Shown: positions 31,988-42,876, counted from the stretch's first letter. The stretch is 64,000 nucleotides of DNA from Candidatus Zhuqueibacterota bacterium (GCA_049322915.1 JBMOPW010000014.1:701527-765526); one strand, 5' to 3'. Notes: a model not told the origin generated them from the sequence alone. Made by a program: numbers and translations.

Positions 31988-32069
31988 AGAACCGAAAATT
32001 TTATTATTTGCATTCTGATAACTTATTCTCAGCATTGTTATATATTTTCTTTCAAGTAAACGAGTTATA

Positions 32070-33296
32070 TTGAAAATAATGAAAAATACTCTAAAAAAAA
32101 TATTGATTGTTTGTGATAGTTTTGGATTCCCACATGGTAGAGCCAGTGCAGGTAGAGTTAAAAACATTGCTTATGGGTTGCATCAGAATGGTGTCGACGT
32201 TCATATATTAATTACTGTACCATCGGAAAGAAAGCGCAGCGTACTAAATATTCACCATTGTGGTTCAGGCCAGGATTTTAGTTATAATTATTCATTTAAC
32301 AACACAATACTTTCAGATTCGAAGATAAAAAGAATGTTTCAAAAGTGTTATGGTTTATTGATGTCGTGTTATTTTCTAATTAACAATAAAGAAACACTTG
32401 ATTTTGTAATTTTCTATGCCAGAAAAACTCAAACTCTATTTTTACTTGGATTGATCTGCCGCTCTTTAAAAATTAAAACTGCAGTAGAACTGTGTGAGTG
32501 GCCTGAATCATTTATTAGAAAATCTAAATTTCAAACTTATATCAAGAAAATATATTCTATAAATGTTTTCAAATGGGTGGATAGCGCTATTGTAATTTCC
32601 ACTTTCCTGGCAAAGAAAGTGCAGGAATATGAGAGCCAAAGTGGAAGATCATGTCCTTCATTCCTTCTTCCGATATTGGTTAGAAAATCTGAATTTGTAA
32701 ATGGAATGAAAACATCTGCGAATGGTAATAGTATAGTTTTTTGTGGCAATCTTGACTATATTGAGTTAATAGAGTTTTTATTTGATTCTATTCAAGTTTT
32801 AATTGATAGTGATATCGATTTTAAATTAGTTATTATTGGGAGCGCTGATATTCCCGGAAACTTGGAGAAGTTAAAATCAAAGGCGACAGAAAAAAACCTT
32901 GAAAAATATGTTTATTTTACTGGATATATTTCAAAACGTGAATTATTAAATTATTATCGTGAAGCTTCAGTTCTTGCTATACCTTTGCCTTCAGGTATCC
33001 GTTCAGAAGCAAGGTTCCCGACAAAGATTGGTGAATATTTAATTTCCGGTAGACCTATTGTTACAACAAAAGTAGGGGATATTCCCAAATATATGAAAAA
33101 CTTAGAAACTTGTTTTATGGTAGAACCTGATTCTCCCTATTTATATGGCGAAGCGTTAAGAATGGCATTAAATGATAAACCATTCGCTGAAAAAATAGCA
33201 GAAAGAGGAAAGCAAGTAGCGGTTGGGTATTTTGATCCAATAATTGAATGCAAAAAATTGCTTCATTTTCTTAACGATCAGCATATCATCAATTAA
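32070..33296 (+). CDS. Glycosyltransferase, GT4-like
   Basis: FPTKIGEYLISGRPIVTTKVGD. Confidence 0.88.
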   Translation: MKIMKNTLKKILIVCDSFGFPHGRASAGRVKNIAYGLHQNGVDVHILITVPSERKRSVLNIHHCGSGQDFSYNYSFNNTILSDSKIKRMFQKCYGLLMSCYFLINNKETLDFVIFYARKTQTLFLLGLICRSLKIKTAVELCEWPESFIRKSKFQTYIKKIYSINVFKWVDSAIVISTFLAKKVQEYESQSGRSCPSFLLPILVRKSEFVNGMKTSANGNSIVFCGNLDYIELIEFLFDSIQVLIDSDIDFKLVIIGSADIPGNLEKLKSKATEKNLEKYVYFTGYISKRELLNYYREASVLAIPLPSGIRSEARFPTKIGEYLISGRPIVTTKVGDIPKYMKNLETCFMVEPDSPYLYGEALRMALNDKPFAEKIAERGKQVAVGYFDPIIECKKLLHFLNDQHIIN

Positions 33297-33307
33297 AATA
33301 TTTCGCA

Positions 33308-34417
33308 ATGAAAATATGTATAATATCTAAAAATGCATTCCTTGCTGTATCCAAAAAGAATAGTCAATTCGCTGGTGGAGCAGAGTTTCAATTGATTGGC
33401 CTGGCGAGGGCTTTGGTTAGTTATGGTCACCTGGTTTCAATTATTACTGATGATTTTGGGCAATATGAAAAGGAGATAACGAATGGATTAATCTATTATA
33501 AAGTTCCATTTCGATATATGGGTGGGGCGAATTTTTGGCTCATCCCTGATTGGTTCCGTCTTGCTAAAAAAATTTTGAGTATAGATGCTGATTTTTATAT
33601 TTTAAAAGGACCAAGGTTTCTTTTGGCTCTCTTGGGTTATATGAATAGCAGATTTCGAAAAAACGTAGTTTTTATTTCGACAATAGATACCGATAGTCAG
33701 CCTGAAATATTGAATAAGATTGATCCGTTCTATCATAGGATGCTGTATAAATTTGGATTGAAAAATATCTCGTATGTTGTTAGTCAATCGATAACACAAC
33801 AACAAAATTTTAAACTAAATTTTAATAAGAACAGTTGGATTATTAAAAATATATACAAAACAAAAAACAGTAATTCAGATAACAATAAACAAAATTATGT
33901 TTTATGGGTCGGTACAAATAACCAGTTGAAGCGTCCTGAGCTAATGCTGGTATTTGCTAAGTTGTTACCAGAGATAAAATTTAAAATGGCAATGATACCT
34001 TCCACCGATGCTGATATACAACAGAAGTTTGAGAGTGATGTTACACAGGTAACTAATATTGATTTTTTGGGTTTTGTACCCGAGTCGAAGATTGGAGAAT
34101 TATATGGGGAGGCATCATTATTAGTCAATTTCTCGAAACTTGAGGGATTCCCAAATGTTTTTCTTCATGCCTGGGCGAATAAAACGCCGGTCATTACGTT
34201 GGAAGTCGATCCGGATAACGTCATCAAAAAGTACGGTTTGGGCTATTGCGCCGAAACGATGGAAAACATGGTGAAACATGTCAAATCGTTGCTCCAGAAT
34301 CCAGAAAAACTAAAAGAAATTGGAGATAACTGTTATAATTATGTAAAAAAAGAGCATGCTCCTGAAGTCATTATTAGAAAGTACGAAGAACTATTCGAAA
34401 CTATTAGCCAGCGCTAA
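33308..34417 (+). CDS. Glycosyltransferase, GT4-like
   Basis: GGAE, KRP, SKLEGFPNVFL. Confidence 0.88.
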   Translation: MKICIISKNAFLAVSKKNSQFAGGAEFQLIGLARALVSYGHLVSIITDDFGQYEKEITNGLIYYKVPFRYMGGANFWLIPDWFRLAKKILSIDADFYILKGPRFLLALLGYMNSRFRKNVVFISTIDTDSQPEILNKIDPFYHRMLYKFGLKNISYVVSQSITQQQNFKLNFNKNSWIIKNIYKTKNSNSDNNKQNYVLWVGTNNQLKRPELMLVFAKLLPEIKFKMAMIPSTDADIQQKFESDVTQVTNIDFLGFVPESKIGELYGEASLLVNFSKLEGFPNVFLHAWANKTPVITLEVDPDNVIKKYGLGYCAETMENMVKHVKSLLQNPEKLKEIGDNCYNYVKKEHAPEVIIRKYEELFETISQR

Positions 34418-34636
34418 TTCGAAGAGTGATAAGAAGATTTTATCATATTGATTGAAGTCATATATAATAAAATTTATAAATCGTTCTTATCGTTCATTTC
34501 TATTTTCAAGAAGTAAAAAGTATGTTCATGTTTCCTTTTTAAAATAATGTGGATTAATAAGTTATTAACATCAAAATCTAATGATACAACTTCGAGCCTT
34601 CGAGACCTGGAGGCAAAAAAGTATAGCCATTTAAAC

Positions 34637-35773
34637 ATGAATGATAAAATAAAAATTCTGCAACTATCTTCTGTTTTTGTTGACCGCGGCGTAGAACGAA
34701 TCATGCTGTGGCTATTTCAATTTTTGCCCAAAGAACGATACGTCGTGAAGATTGCTGTCTTGCGAAACAATGTTCCATTGGCGCATCGGATGAGACAGAA
34801 TGGAACGGATATCGTGGATGTTATTGGGATGAAAAACAGTCTGGACATTGGGGCGCTTTTTCGTTTTTTAAAATATATCAAAAAACTTAAACCGGATATT
34901 GTTCATATTCATCATTTTCGTACGGCTGTTTTGTGCAGACCATTGCTAAAATTGGCCGGCGTACCTGTTGTAATATATTCCGTCCATAATCAGTGGGGGG
35001 GCAAAATTCATTACGCGCTGGATCGCTGGACGACACGGTTTGGCGACGCCACGGTGCCTTTTTCTCTTGCTGTAAAGAAATTTTTGTTTGAACAAGAAGG
35101 GATGAATCCGGAGAAGGTACTCGACCCGATTTATATCGGCATTGATGTGGAAAAATTTCAAAAAGATTATTCCAATGAAAAACAAAATGTGATGGAAGAG
35201 TTTGGCCTAAAACCAACTGATAAAATACTCGGTTTTGTCGGCGCACTCTCGGAGCAAAAAGGATTGACTTTTCTGATCGAAGCTGTTCGGGATTTACGAA
35301 AAAAATACCCGGAATTAAAATGCCTGATCATCGGGGAGGGCGAACAGGAAAATCTTTTGAAAGCAAAGGTGGATTCATGTAATTTAGGGAGGCACATTTT
35401 CTTTTTAGGACAACGGTATGACATCCCGATTCTACTGAAGATTCTGGATGTTTTTGTATTGCCTTCTCTCTGGGAGGGTTTGCCCCAGGTTGTGCTGGAA
35501 GCCATGGCCGCCGGATGCCCGGTGGTTGCGACAGATGTGTGCGGCACCCCGGAAATAATTGATCATGAAGTAAATGGTTTGCTTGTACCTCCAAAGGACT
35601 CACTGGCGTTGAGCAATGCGATGACCAGAATATTTGATGATGCCGAATTGCGGGCAAAGATTGTAAGCAACGCTCACAGAACAATTGAAGAAAAATTCCA
35701 CGTAAAAACGATGATAGAAAATTTTGATAATTTATATCAAAAATTATTAAAAGAAAAAGCAGAGAGTGTTTAG
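34637..35773 (+). CDS. Glycosyltransferase, GT4
   Basis: PSLWEGLPQVVLEAMAAGCPVVAT; ATG 34637 preferred. Confidence 0.9.
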   Translation: MNDKIKILQLSSVFVDRGVERIMLWLFQFLPKERYVVKIAVLRNNVPLAHRMRQNGTDIVDVIGMKNSLDIGALFRFLKYIKKLKPDIVHIHHFRTAVLCRPLLKLAGVPVVIYSVHNQWGGKIHYALDRWTTRFGDATVPFSLAVKKFLFEQEGMNPEKVLDPIYIGIDVEKFQKDYSNEKQNVMEEFGLKPTDKILGFVGALSEQKGLTFLIEAVRDLRKKYPELKCLIIGEGEQENLLKAKVDSCNLGRHIFFLGQRYDIPILLKILDVFVLPSLWEGLPQVVLEAMAAGCPVVATDVCGTPEIIDHEVNGLLVPPKDSLALSNAMTRIFDDAELRAKIVSNAHRTIEEKFHVKTMIENFDNLYQKLLKEKAESV

Positions 35774-36017
35774 CTCGAAATCACATTATATCCCTTTTCC
35801 ATCCTCGCAGAATCCCTGGTTTTTAGTTCCTGCAGATGATCCAGGACCCTTTTTTTATTTTGTGAAATATATGATGTCATCAGGAAAGAGAAAACAACGC
35901 TGGATCATTAGCATGTTAAAAATATGTGTTTCCTGCGGGGGACATACATTATGGCCCGTATTAGCGAAAGTTTATTTAAATTGGTCTGAGATTCATGGGA
36001 ATAGGAAAAAGTTATAG
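35766..36017 (+). CDS. Small hypothetical protein, possibly an N-terminal fragment of the downstream kinase
   Basis: Overlaps the glycosyltransferase stop; YIPFPS..NP.FLVP motif. Confidence 0.45.
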   Translation: MFSSKSHYIPFPSSQNPWFLVPADDPGPFFYFVKYMMSSGKRKQRWIISMLKICVSCGGHTLWPVLAKVYLNWSEIHGNRKKL

Positions 36018-36146
36018 TGGGAAAAAAATTAAAACGATCCACCAGATTGCTGATGTTATCGAATAAATTTTATATTTCACAACTTAATTTCCGAAACCAC
36101 TATGTCATAAAAAAGGAGGCTTCTGGGGTATTGTATTTTAAAAAAG

Positions 36147-36217
36147 TGTCACCCCTGACCGGGTTTTTCTCATTGATTGGCTTGCCCTTTTTACCCATAT
36201 TCCATCCCTACGGGATT
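36147..36217 (-). repeat. REP doublet, inverted copy 3
   Basis: Reverse complement of 6010-6086 and 7931-8004. Confidence 0.8.
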
Positions 36218-36338
36218 ATTTTTTATCAACAATCGCAAAATAGGTTAAAGGTTTATGTTGGTAGCAATCTGTAAAATAAAGTCTATTAATCCACTAAAAT
36301 ACAACATCTAATAGCTAATATCAAACACCTTTGCTTTT

Positions 36339-37379
36339 ATGCACTCAACCACGATTGACCACATAACAGAATTCATATATGACAACAAAAACAAATGGGA
36401 TGTTGGACTTGAAAATAAAGATATTTCACTGATCAGCCGATCATCGACCTGGTTGGGGGAATCCGGAAAGACGGTTTACCTGGTTTTTGAAAAAAAAGCA
36501 AAACGACCCACGCTCATTTTAAAAACTGTAGCCAATAGAGAGGTCGGTTCGGTTATAGAGAAAGAAGCAAAAAACGTTCTTTTTTTATGGGAGAAATTTC
36601 CCGGGATATGTCAGGGTGTTGTCCCTGAACCGGTTGAATTAGCGGAGTTTAATGGATTACCGGTGTATGTTGAAAAAGCAGTCCCGGGCACAACATTGCC
36701 AGAATTGGCCGGGAACACGTGGACCGAAAAGCGGAAGTACGCAATATTAGATGACTGTACAGAATTTGGTTACAGATGGCTCGTGAAACTGATAAATAGC
36801 GCCAGGGTTAAATATAAAAAATTGGATAAAAACGATATCGAAAATTTGTTAATAAGAAAGATTAGATTATTTCAGGATACTTATACTTATAAAAAACAAG
36901 GAAGTCTTGTTGGATTAGAAAAATTCGCTGAAAAACTGGAAGGAAGCGAATTTCCCCTGGTACCCGGCCATGGAGACTTGTGGGGAGGGAGCCTCTTATG
37001 GGGCATTCATAAACAGTGGACCATTATTGATTGGGAATTTTTCAGTATAAATGCCATGCCATTTTTTGATTTTTTTATGTTAGCGGTTCATCCCGGTATC
37101 TGTTTCACGAAAAAGAAATGCTGTTTATTAGATGAGTTTACGTCGTGTTTTCTGGATAATCCGCATACACGTTTGGTGAGATATTCGCTAACTGCGTTGG
37201 CTGAAAGACTAAAAGTGGAAGCGAGTTTCATCCGGTTTATGTTCATGATGTTTTTGATTTCGATGAGCCTGGAAAGAGATGACGTTTCAAAACAAGGCGT
37301 TTTGGATGAAAAGACGACCTGGAAATCGTGTATCACATATTACTTGAACAATAAAGAAAGTATCAAAATTTTGCCATGA
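36339..37379 (+). CDS. Aminoglycoside/choline phosphotransferase-fold kinase
   Basis: ILK, HGDLWGGSLL, IIDWEF. Confidence 0.8.
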   Translation: MHSTTIDHITEFIYDNKNKWDVGLENKDISLISRSSTWLGESGKTVYLVFEKKAKRPTLILKTVANREVGSVIEKEAKNVLFLWEKFPGICQGVVPEPVELAEFNGLPVYVEKAVPGTTLPELAGNTWTEKRKYAILDDCTEFGYRWLVKLINSARVKYKKLDKNDIENLLIRKIRLFQDTYTYKKQGSLVGLEKFAEKLEGSEFPLVPGHGDLWGGSLLWGIHKQWTIIDWEFFSINAMPFFDFFMLAVHPGICFTKKKCCLLDEFTSCFLDNPHTRLVRYSLTALAERLKVEASFIRFMFMMFLISMSLERDDVSKQGVLDEKTTWKSCITYYLNNKESIKILP

Positions 37380-38041
37380 TAAATAGTCAAAAAAATATTA
37401 TTAATTTTCCTCGATTCATTTATTTTGCAGGCGTGGATGGCACCGGGAAATCGACTTTTGTGGATATGCTCATACGAGATTTGGATAAAAAAGGCGTTAA
37501 AGGAAAGCGCGTATGGCTGCGCTTTAATTATTTTTTCACACGGTTCATTTTGCTGTATTGCCGATTGACCGGACTGACAAGAAGAGTGGATCAGGGTGAA
37601 AAAGTGATCAGTGTGCATGATTTTCATAAATCAAAACGCATTGCCAAAGCGGTTCAGTACATGCATTTTATTGATACCTGTATCATGTATTTTATTAAGG
37701 TATATATTCCGCTAAAATTCAGCAAGACGGTGATCCTGTGCGACCGTTTCGTGTATGATATTTTAGCGGATTTTATGTTGGAATCAAAAGATATGGAATT
37801 GCTCGATTCCGGAATTGCCAGAATGTTTTTAAAATTAATTCCGAGACAGGCGATTATCATTTTTATAACACTGGATAAAGAAACCATTTTAAAAAGAAAA
37901 CCGGAAGTATTAATTGATGATGAAGATTTTGATTTGAAATATGATATTTTTAAATATATTGAGAGTAAATTTAATTTTAATATTATTTTTAACGACACTG
38001 ATGTTGAACTAGTATATTTAAATATAAAAGAGTTAATATGA
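37376..38041 (+). CDS. Thymidylate-kinase-fold P-loop kinase
   Basis: FAGVDGTGKST, CDRFVYD, RKPE. Confidence 0.8.
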   Translation: MINSQKNIINFPRFIYFAGVDGTGKSTFVDMLIRDLDKKGVKGKRVWLRFNYFFTRFILLYCRLTGLTRRVDQGEKVISVHDFHKSKRIAKAVQYMHFIDTCIMYFIKVYIPLKFSKTVILCDRFVYDILADFMLESKDMELLDSGIARMFLKLIPRQAIIIFITLDKETILKRKPEVLIDDEDFDLKYDIFKYIESKFNFNIIFNDTDVELVYLNIKELI

Positions 38042-38101
38042 TAGCTATTTAGTTGATTATTGCAATTTTGCTTGTCAATGAAAAATGGGAGCTATTGTTG
38101 T

Positions 38102-39078
38102 ATGAATTGGAAAATTAAAGCTTGTTTGCAGAAATTGTTGTCAAAAAGTCGAATAGGAGATAGGGTAAATCATCTTAATGCATTAATGTCTAAAGATTAT
38201 GACTTCAATTTTGTGGATTATCATTTCAAAGAAGTTTTTAGGAAAATTGATTTGATGAATCAGCATAATGGATCTACAAAAAAGGATAAAATTGCTCTTG
38301 AACTTGGTACAGGATATTTTTTAATAGAGCCAATAATACTCAGCTTATTGGGATTTAAAAAAATTGTTACGGTCGATATTACTCCAGATTTAAAATTTAA
38401 GGCGGTTAAAAGACAAATAAAATATTTGGGAAATGATAAATATTTAAATAAAATTAAAAAAAATTCTGTACTGAATGATATTGAGCAAAAAAGGATTTTC
38501 TACAATTTAGAAAAGGCAGAATCATTGGAAAAAATATTTAATATTTGTAATATTAAATACATAGCACCGTATAAGTTAGATGATATAGAAATTCTGAATT
38601 TAAATTTTGATTTGATTTTTTCTCAAGTAGTATTAGAACATGTGCCCATTGATAAATTATTAGACCTGTTTAAATATTCTAAAAAATGGTTAAAAAAAAC
38701 TGGATTAATTATTCATGTAATAAATTTCACGATCATTTTACAATTCCAGGTATGTGGGGTGATAAATCTATTTCAGAATTTAATTTTCTAAAATATTCCG
38801 ATTCTGAATGGGAATTTTGGGCTGGAAACGATATTAGTTATGTCAATAGGTTAAGCTGGATCTTTTATTTTCAATTATCAAAATTATACGATTTGGAGGT
38901 TGTTAGTTTTGAAGGACAAAATTACAAGAAACAAAAATATTTCTCTATAAATATGATACACAAGGATATAGAAAAAAAATACCTTGAGCCTGTTGCTCAA
39001 TTAGAAGATTTAATTAAATACCAAAGAGGGATATTTGTTATTGGGCATAATCAAAAATCTGATATATTAATTAATTAA
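38102..39078 (+). pseudogene. Frameshifted SAM methyltransferase
   Basis: LELGTG...SQVVLEHV...IIHVINFT continues as DHFTIPG...NRL in another frame; one base missing near 38730. Confidence 0.7.
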
Positions 39079-39321
39079 AATTCGGATATTAATATATTGC
39101 AGCAAATAATATTAATTCCATATAGATAATTAATGGAAATAATTTCAATGTTTTTGTTTAGAAAAATAATTAGAACAATCCAATGTGCTGATATGAAAAT
39201 AAAAATCAATATTTTTGATTTTTCTAATAATGAAAAAGAAAATCATTAGTATATTCAATTTGATAACGTGTGTGAAGAAAATTGCAGAACTATTTTGTAA
39301 ATAAGGTAATAAGGATGTTGT

Positions 39322-40014
39322 ATGAAGAAGAAAAAATTTTATTGGGAGTCCAAAAATAAAGCCCTAAGTCGAATAATGCATAGCAATGCAGGAATGATCT
39401 CAATAAATTGGTTCTTTCAGGGAATTTTGGGCATGGATAAAACAGAGAGAGTATTTAAGATTTTTATTGAATTATTATCAATAATTATTATGACATTAAT
39501 TTTAAATAATTTATTTAATTTAATATTCGCTATTATAATGTCTTTTATTACAATACATTCTTTGAACTGGTTGTTAAATGCTCATTTTTATGATGCAGTT
39601 GGGCGTTTTTTTTCACTCTGTGAGATGTCTGAGGCAAAAATGGTTGACTACCTCAATTCCGTTAAAGATCGAGCAGAAAGGAATAAAAGTATTATGGGTA
39701 TTTTGGTAATAGGAGGTATTACAAGAGGGAAAAAAATTGGCCCGACCTCTGACTTAGATATAAGATTTGTAAGAAATAAAGGTTTTATTAATGGTATTAG
39801 AGCGAGTATGTTTAGTTTTAACGAAAGAGTAAAGGCATTTTATCAAAAATTTCCATTAGACTTGTACACTTATGATAATTTAACGTCGCTCGATAAGCTC
39901 AGGAAAGATGAAGCTCCAATTATTGTTTTAGATCCAGATAATGTGCTTAAAAAGAAGTACAAAGAAAGAGGCTATTCATTATTGGAAGAATGGAAAATGC
40001 GTGGCCAGCAGTGA
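39322..40014 (+). CDS. Membrane-anchored Pol-beta-like nucleotidyltransferase-domain protein
   Basis: Two TM helices followed by GGITRG...SDLDIR...PLDLY. Confidence 0.65.
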   Translation: MKKKKFYWESKNKALSRIMHSNAGMISINWFFQGILGMDKTERVFKIFIELLSIIIMTLILNNLFNLIFAIIMSFITIHSLNWLLNAHFYDAVGRFFSLCEMSEAKMVDYLNSVKDRAERNKSIMGILVIGGITRGKKIGPTSDLDIRFVRNKGFINGIRASMFSFNERVKAFYQKFPLDLYTYDNLTSLDKLRKDEAPIIVLDPDNVLKKKYKERGYSLLEEWKMRGQQ

Positions 40015-40459
40015 ACTAAAAATTTGCATCACGTTCTCTTCAGGAGGCCATTACCGCGAAGCCCGTTTAGCGTCCCGATTACTTGAAGGCGATATGTATT
40101 ATGTCACCTTTAGAACGCCCCATTTGGAAAAAGAGAGCGAAACAAAACGCTTTTATTTCATCGAACACCCGGGACGAAATTTGTTCCGGTTGATTAAAAA
40201 CGCTGTTCAGGCGTTTCGAATCATTCGAAAAGAAAAACCGGATGTTATTTTGTCAACCGGGGCGGATGTGGCAGTACCCACATGTATTATTGGAAAATTA
40301 TTCGGCGCTAAATTAGTTTATATTGAAAGCGGCGGTCAGGTGTATACGCCATCGTTATCAGGCAGATTGGTGCACCGTTTTGCAGATTTGTTTTTGGTAC
40401 AATGGGAACCGGCATTGAAAAATTTTCCCAATGCTGTCTATGGGGGACCGCTGTTTTGA
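40001..40459 (+). CDS. Alg14/PssD/CpsF-like glycosyltransferase subunit
   Basis: SSGGH, PDVILSTGADVAVP, YIES, VQW; GTG start at 40001. Confidence 0.9.
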   Translation: MASSELKICITFSSGGHYREARLASRLLEGDMYYVTFRTPHLEKESETKRFYFIEHPGRNLFRLIKNAVQAFRIIRKEKPDVILSTGADVAVPTCIIGKLFGAKLVYIESGGQVYTPSLSGRLVHRFADLFLVQWEPALKNFPNAVYGGPLF

Positions 40460-40941
40460 TTTTTGTCAGTGTAGGAACAAATACATTGCCGTTTGATCGG
40501 TTGGTCAAAGAAGCGGATTCTATAGCAAAAGAATCTGATGAAACTTTTTTTATTCAACGGGGGCATTCGCCATACAAACCGGTTCATGCAAAATATTTTG
40601 ATTTTTGTGAGCCCCAAAATATGATCCACTACATTGAAGAAGCCGAAATTGTCATCTCCCATGCAGGATTTGGGATTATTGGCGACTGTATTGTTCGAAA
40701 TAAACGGCTCATTTTGGTGCCGCGAGAGTATGAATATGGTGAGGCTGTTGATAAACAGTTAGAATTAGCTGAATATTTAGCGAATACAGAACAAAGCATT
40801 ATTTGTGTTCGTGATGTAGCAAAATTGAAAAATGCTATAACGCAAATTAGAAATATACAACCAAAATATAAGTTTGAAACTAAAATTCCTGAAACGGTGA
40901 GAGATTTTGTAAATAAAAATTTTCTGCGATTATATTTATAA
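40456..40941 (+). CDS. Alg13/PssE/CpsG-like glycosyltransferase subunit (GT28 C-domain)
   Basis: IFVSVGT..PFDRLV, ISHAGFG, VPR..GEAVDKQLELA; TTG start overlaps the upstream stop. Confidence 0.9.
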   Translation: MIFVSVGTNTLPFDRLVKEADSIAKESDETFFIQRGHSPYKPVHAKYFDFCEPQNMIHYIEEAEIVISHAGFGIIGDCIVRNKRLILVPREYEYGEAVDKQLELAEYLANTEQSIICVRDVAKLKNAITQIRNIQPKYKFETKIPETVRDFVNKNFLRLYL

Positions 40942-41017
40942 GAAAAAAATGCTAGTTTAATTATTTTTATATCATTAAAGGCAAAAATATCAATTATATC
41001 TTTAGATAGGAGGACTT

Positions 41018-41848
41018 ATGAGTGAAATAAATGTAGAAAATGTTGATTTTTCTGTGGTTTTGGTAAGCACTAATCAGCTTAATCTATTAAAAAAATATTT
41101 ACATACCCTATTTCAAGTAAATGAAAAGGCAAAATTAGAAGTCGCTTGCATAGATAATGCGTGTACAGATGGTACAGCCGATTGGGTAAAAGAGAATTTC
41201 AAAGATATCGTGATAGTCAGAAACAATATCAAAAAATCATATTCCGAAAACATGAATTTGGGAATGAATATTTTGAAAAAAGGGAAATATTTTGTTGTAT
41301 TTAATCCAGATATACAGTGTTTACCTGGATTATGGGATGAATCATTGAAATTTATGAATGAAAATCCTGATGTTGGAATAATGGGCCCATGCTTACTAAA
41401 TGCTGATGGAAGCATTCAGTATTCTTGCAGGCGCTTTTCTACTCCACTAGCATTACTAATTAGAGGACTGCATCTAGATTCTATTTTCTTAGAAAACAAA
41501 GTAATTAAAGAATATTTAATGCTTGATTTTGGTCATAATTCAGTCAAAGATGTAGACTGGGTTATGGGGGCATTAATGGTTGTCAGACGTGAGGCTATTG
41601 AACAAGTGGGAGGAATGGATGAGAGGTACAAAATAACTTATGCAGAAGATCAAGATTGGTGCTGTAGAATGTGGCAAAACGGTTGGCGAGTAAGTTACGT
41701 CCCAATTGCAAAAGCCATTCATTGTCATCAGCGTGATGGAATGAGAAAGCCGTGGAGTAAAATGGCTAGGATTCAAACAATTAATACAATAATGATGCTA
41801 AAAAAATACAACTGGAAATTATCTAAAAAATCTTTCGAGGTGATCTGA
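41018..41848 (+). CDS. Glycosyltransferase, GT2 (rhamnosyltransferase-like)
   Basis: DNACTDGT, FNPD, VDWVMGA, EDQDWC. Confidence 0.9.
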   Translation: MSEINVENVDFSVVLVSTNQLNLLKKYLHTLFQVNEKAKLEVACIDNACTDGTADWVKENFKDIVIVRNNIKKSYSENMNLGMNILKKGKYFVVFNPDIQCLPGLWDESLKFMNENPDVGIMGPCLLNADGSIQYSCRRFSTPLALLIRGLHLDSIFLENKVIKEYLMLDFGHNSVKDVDWVMGALMVVRREAIEQVGGMDERYKITYAEDQDWCCRMWQNGWRVSYVPIAKAIHCHQRDGMRKPWSKMARIQTINTIMMLKKYNWKLSKKSFEVI

Positions 41849-42876
41849 TGACTGACTGTAATAATAATTTAAACGGTCAAAAGGAGACAGTTCTTGTGAC
41901 AGGTGGCGCGGGATTTATTGGTTCACACGTTATAGATAATTTAATTGACTTAGGATATGACGTCGTTTGTTTGGATGATTTAAGTGGAGGATTCAAAGAA
42001 AATATTAATCAAAATGCAGAATTTATTGAGGGTAGTGTAGTAAATTCAAAATTAGTTGATTCTCTTTTTGATAAATTTAAATTTGATTATGTGTTTCATC
42101 TAGCTGCATATGCAGCGGAAGGCTTAAGCCATTTCATTAAAAGATTTAACTACACAAATAATCTTATTGGTAGTGCGAATCTTATTAATGCCTCAGTGAA
42201 TAGTTCTTCTGTTAAGTGTTTTGTATTTACATCTTCAATTGCAGTCTATGGTGAGAATCAGTTGCCTATGTCTGAAGATACAACACCTTTACCAGAAGAT
42301 CCTTATGGTATTGCAAAATACGCAGTAGAATTAGACCTTAAAGAAACTTATAAAATGTTTTCACTTCCATACATTATTTTTCGTCCACACAATGTCTATG
42401 GTGAGAGACAGAATATTGGTGATAAGTACAGGAACGTTGTCGGTATATTTATGAATCAAATTTTACATGGAAATTCCTTGACAATTTTTGGAGATGGAAA
42501 GCAAGAAAGAGCATTTAGCTATATTGATGATGTGGCCCCAATAATTGCTCAAAGTATAAGGAGAAGGGAAGTATATAATAAAATATTTAATGTGGGTGCT
42601 GATTATCCTTGCTCTGTAAATGAATTAGCAGCCGAAATCTCAAAAGCATTTAGCGTCCCTTTAAAGGTGGAATATCTGGAATCACGGAATGAAGTAAAAC
42701 TTGCTTATTCTTCCCATGAAAAAGTAAAAAAATATTTTGGTGATTTAACAAAAAACTATACACTGGGATATGGAATAAAACGTATGTCTGATTGGGTAAT
42801 TAAACATGGAGCAAGAGAAACCACCAAATTCGAAAATATAGAAGTTATGAAGAATTTACCAAAATCATGGAGATAA
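41848..42876 (+). CDS. NAD-dependent sugar epimerase/dehydratase
   Basis: VTGGAGFIG, HLAAYAAEGLS, YGIAK, RPHNVYG. Confidence 0.9.
   Translation: MTDCNNNLNGQKETVLVTGGAGFIGSHVIDNLIDLGYDVVCLDDLSGGFKENINQNAEFIEGSVVNSKLVDSLFDKFKFDYVFHLAAYAAEGLSHFIKRFNYTNNLIGSANLINASVNSSSVKCFVFTSSIAVYGENQLPMSEDTTPLPEDPYGIAKYAVELDLKETYKMFSLPYIIFRPHNVYGERQNIGDKYRNVVGIFMNQILHGNSLTIFGDGKQERAFSYIDDVAPIIAQSIRRREVYNKIFNVGADYPCSVNELAAEISKAFSVPLKVEYLESRNEVKLAYSSHEKVKKYFGDLTKNYTLGYGIKRMSDWVIKHGARETTKFENIEVMKNLPKSWR

Noticed and set aside
36017..36274. 85-aa ORF (and the similar 5961-6224 ORF)
   Set aside because: Both read through the same REP doublet (SPLTGF) and are spurious
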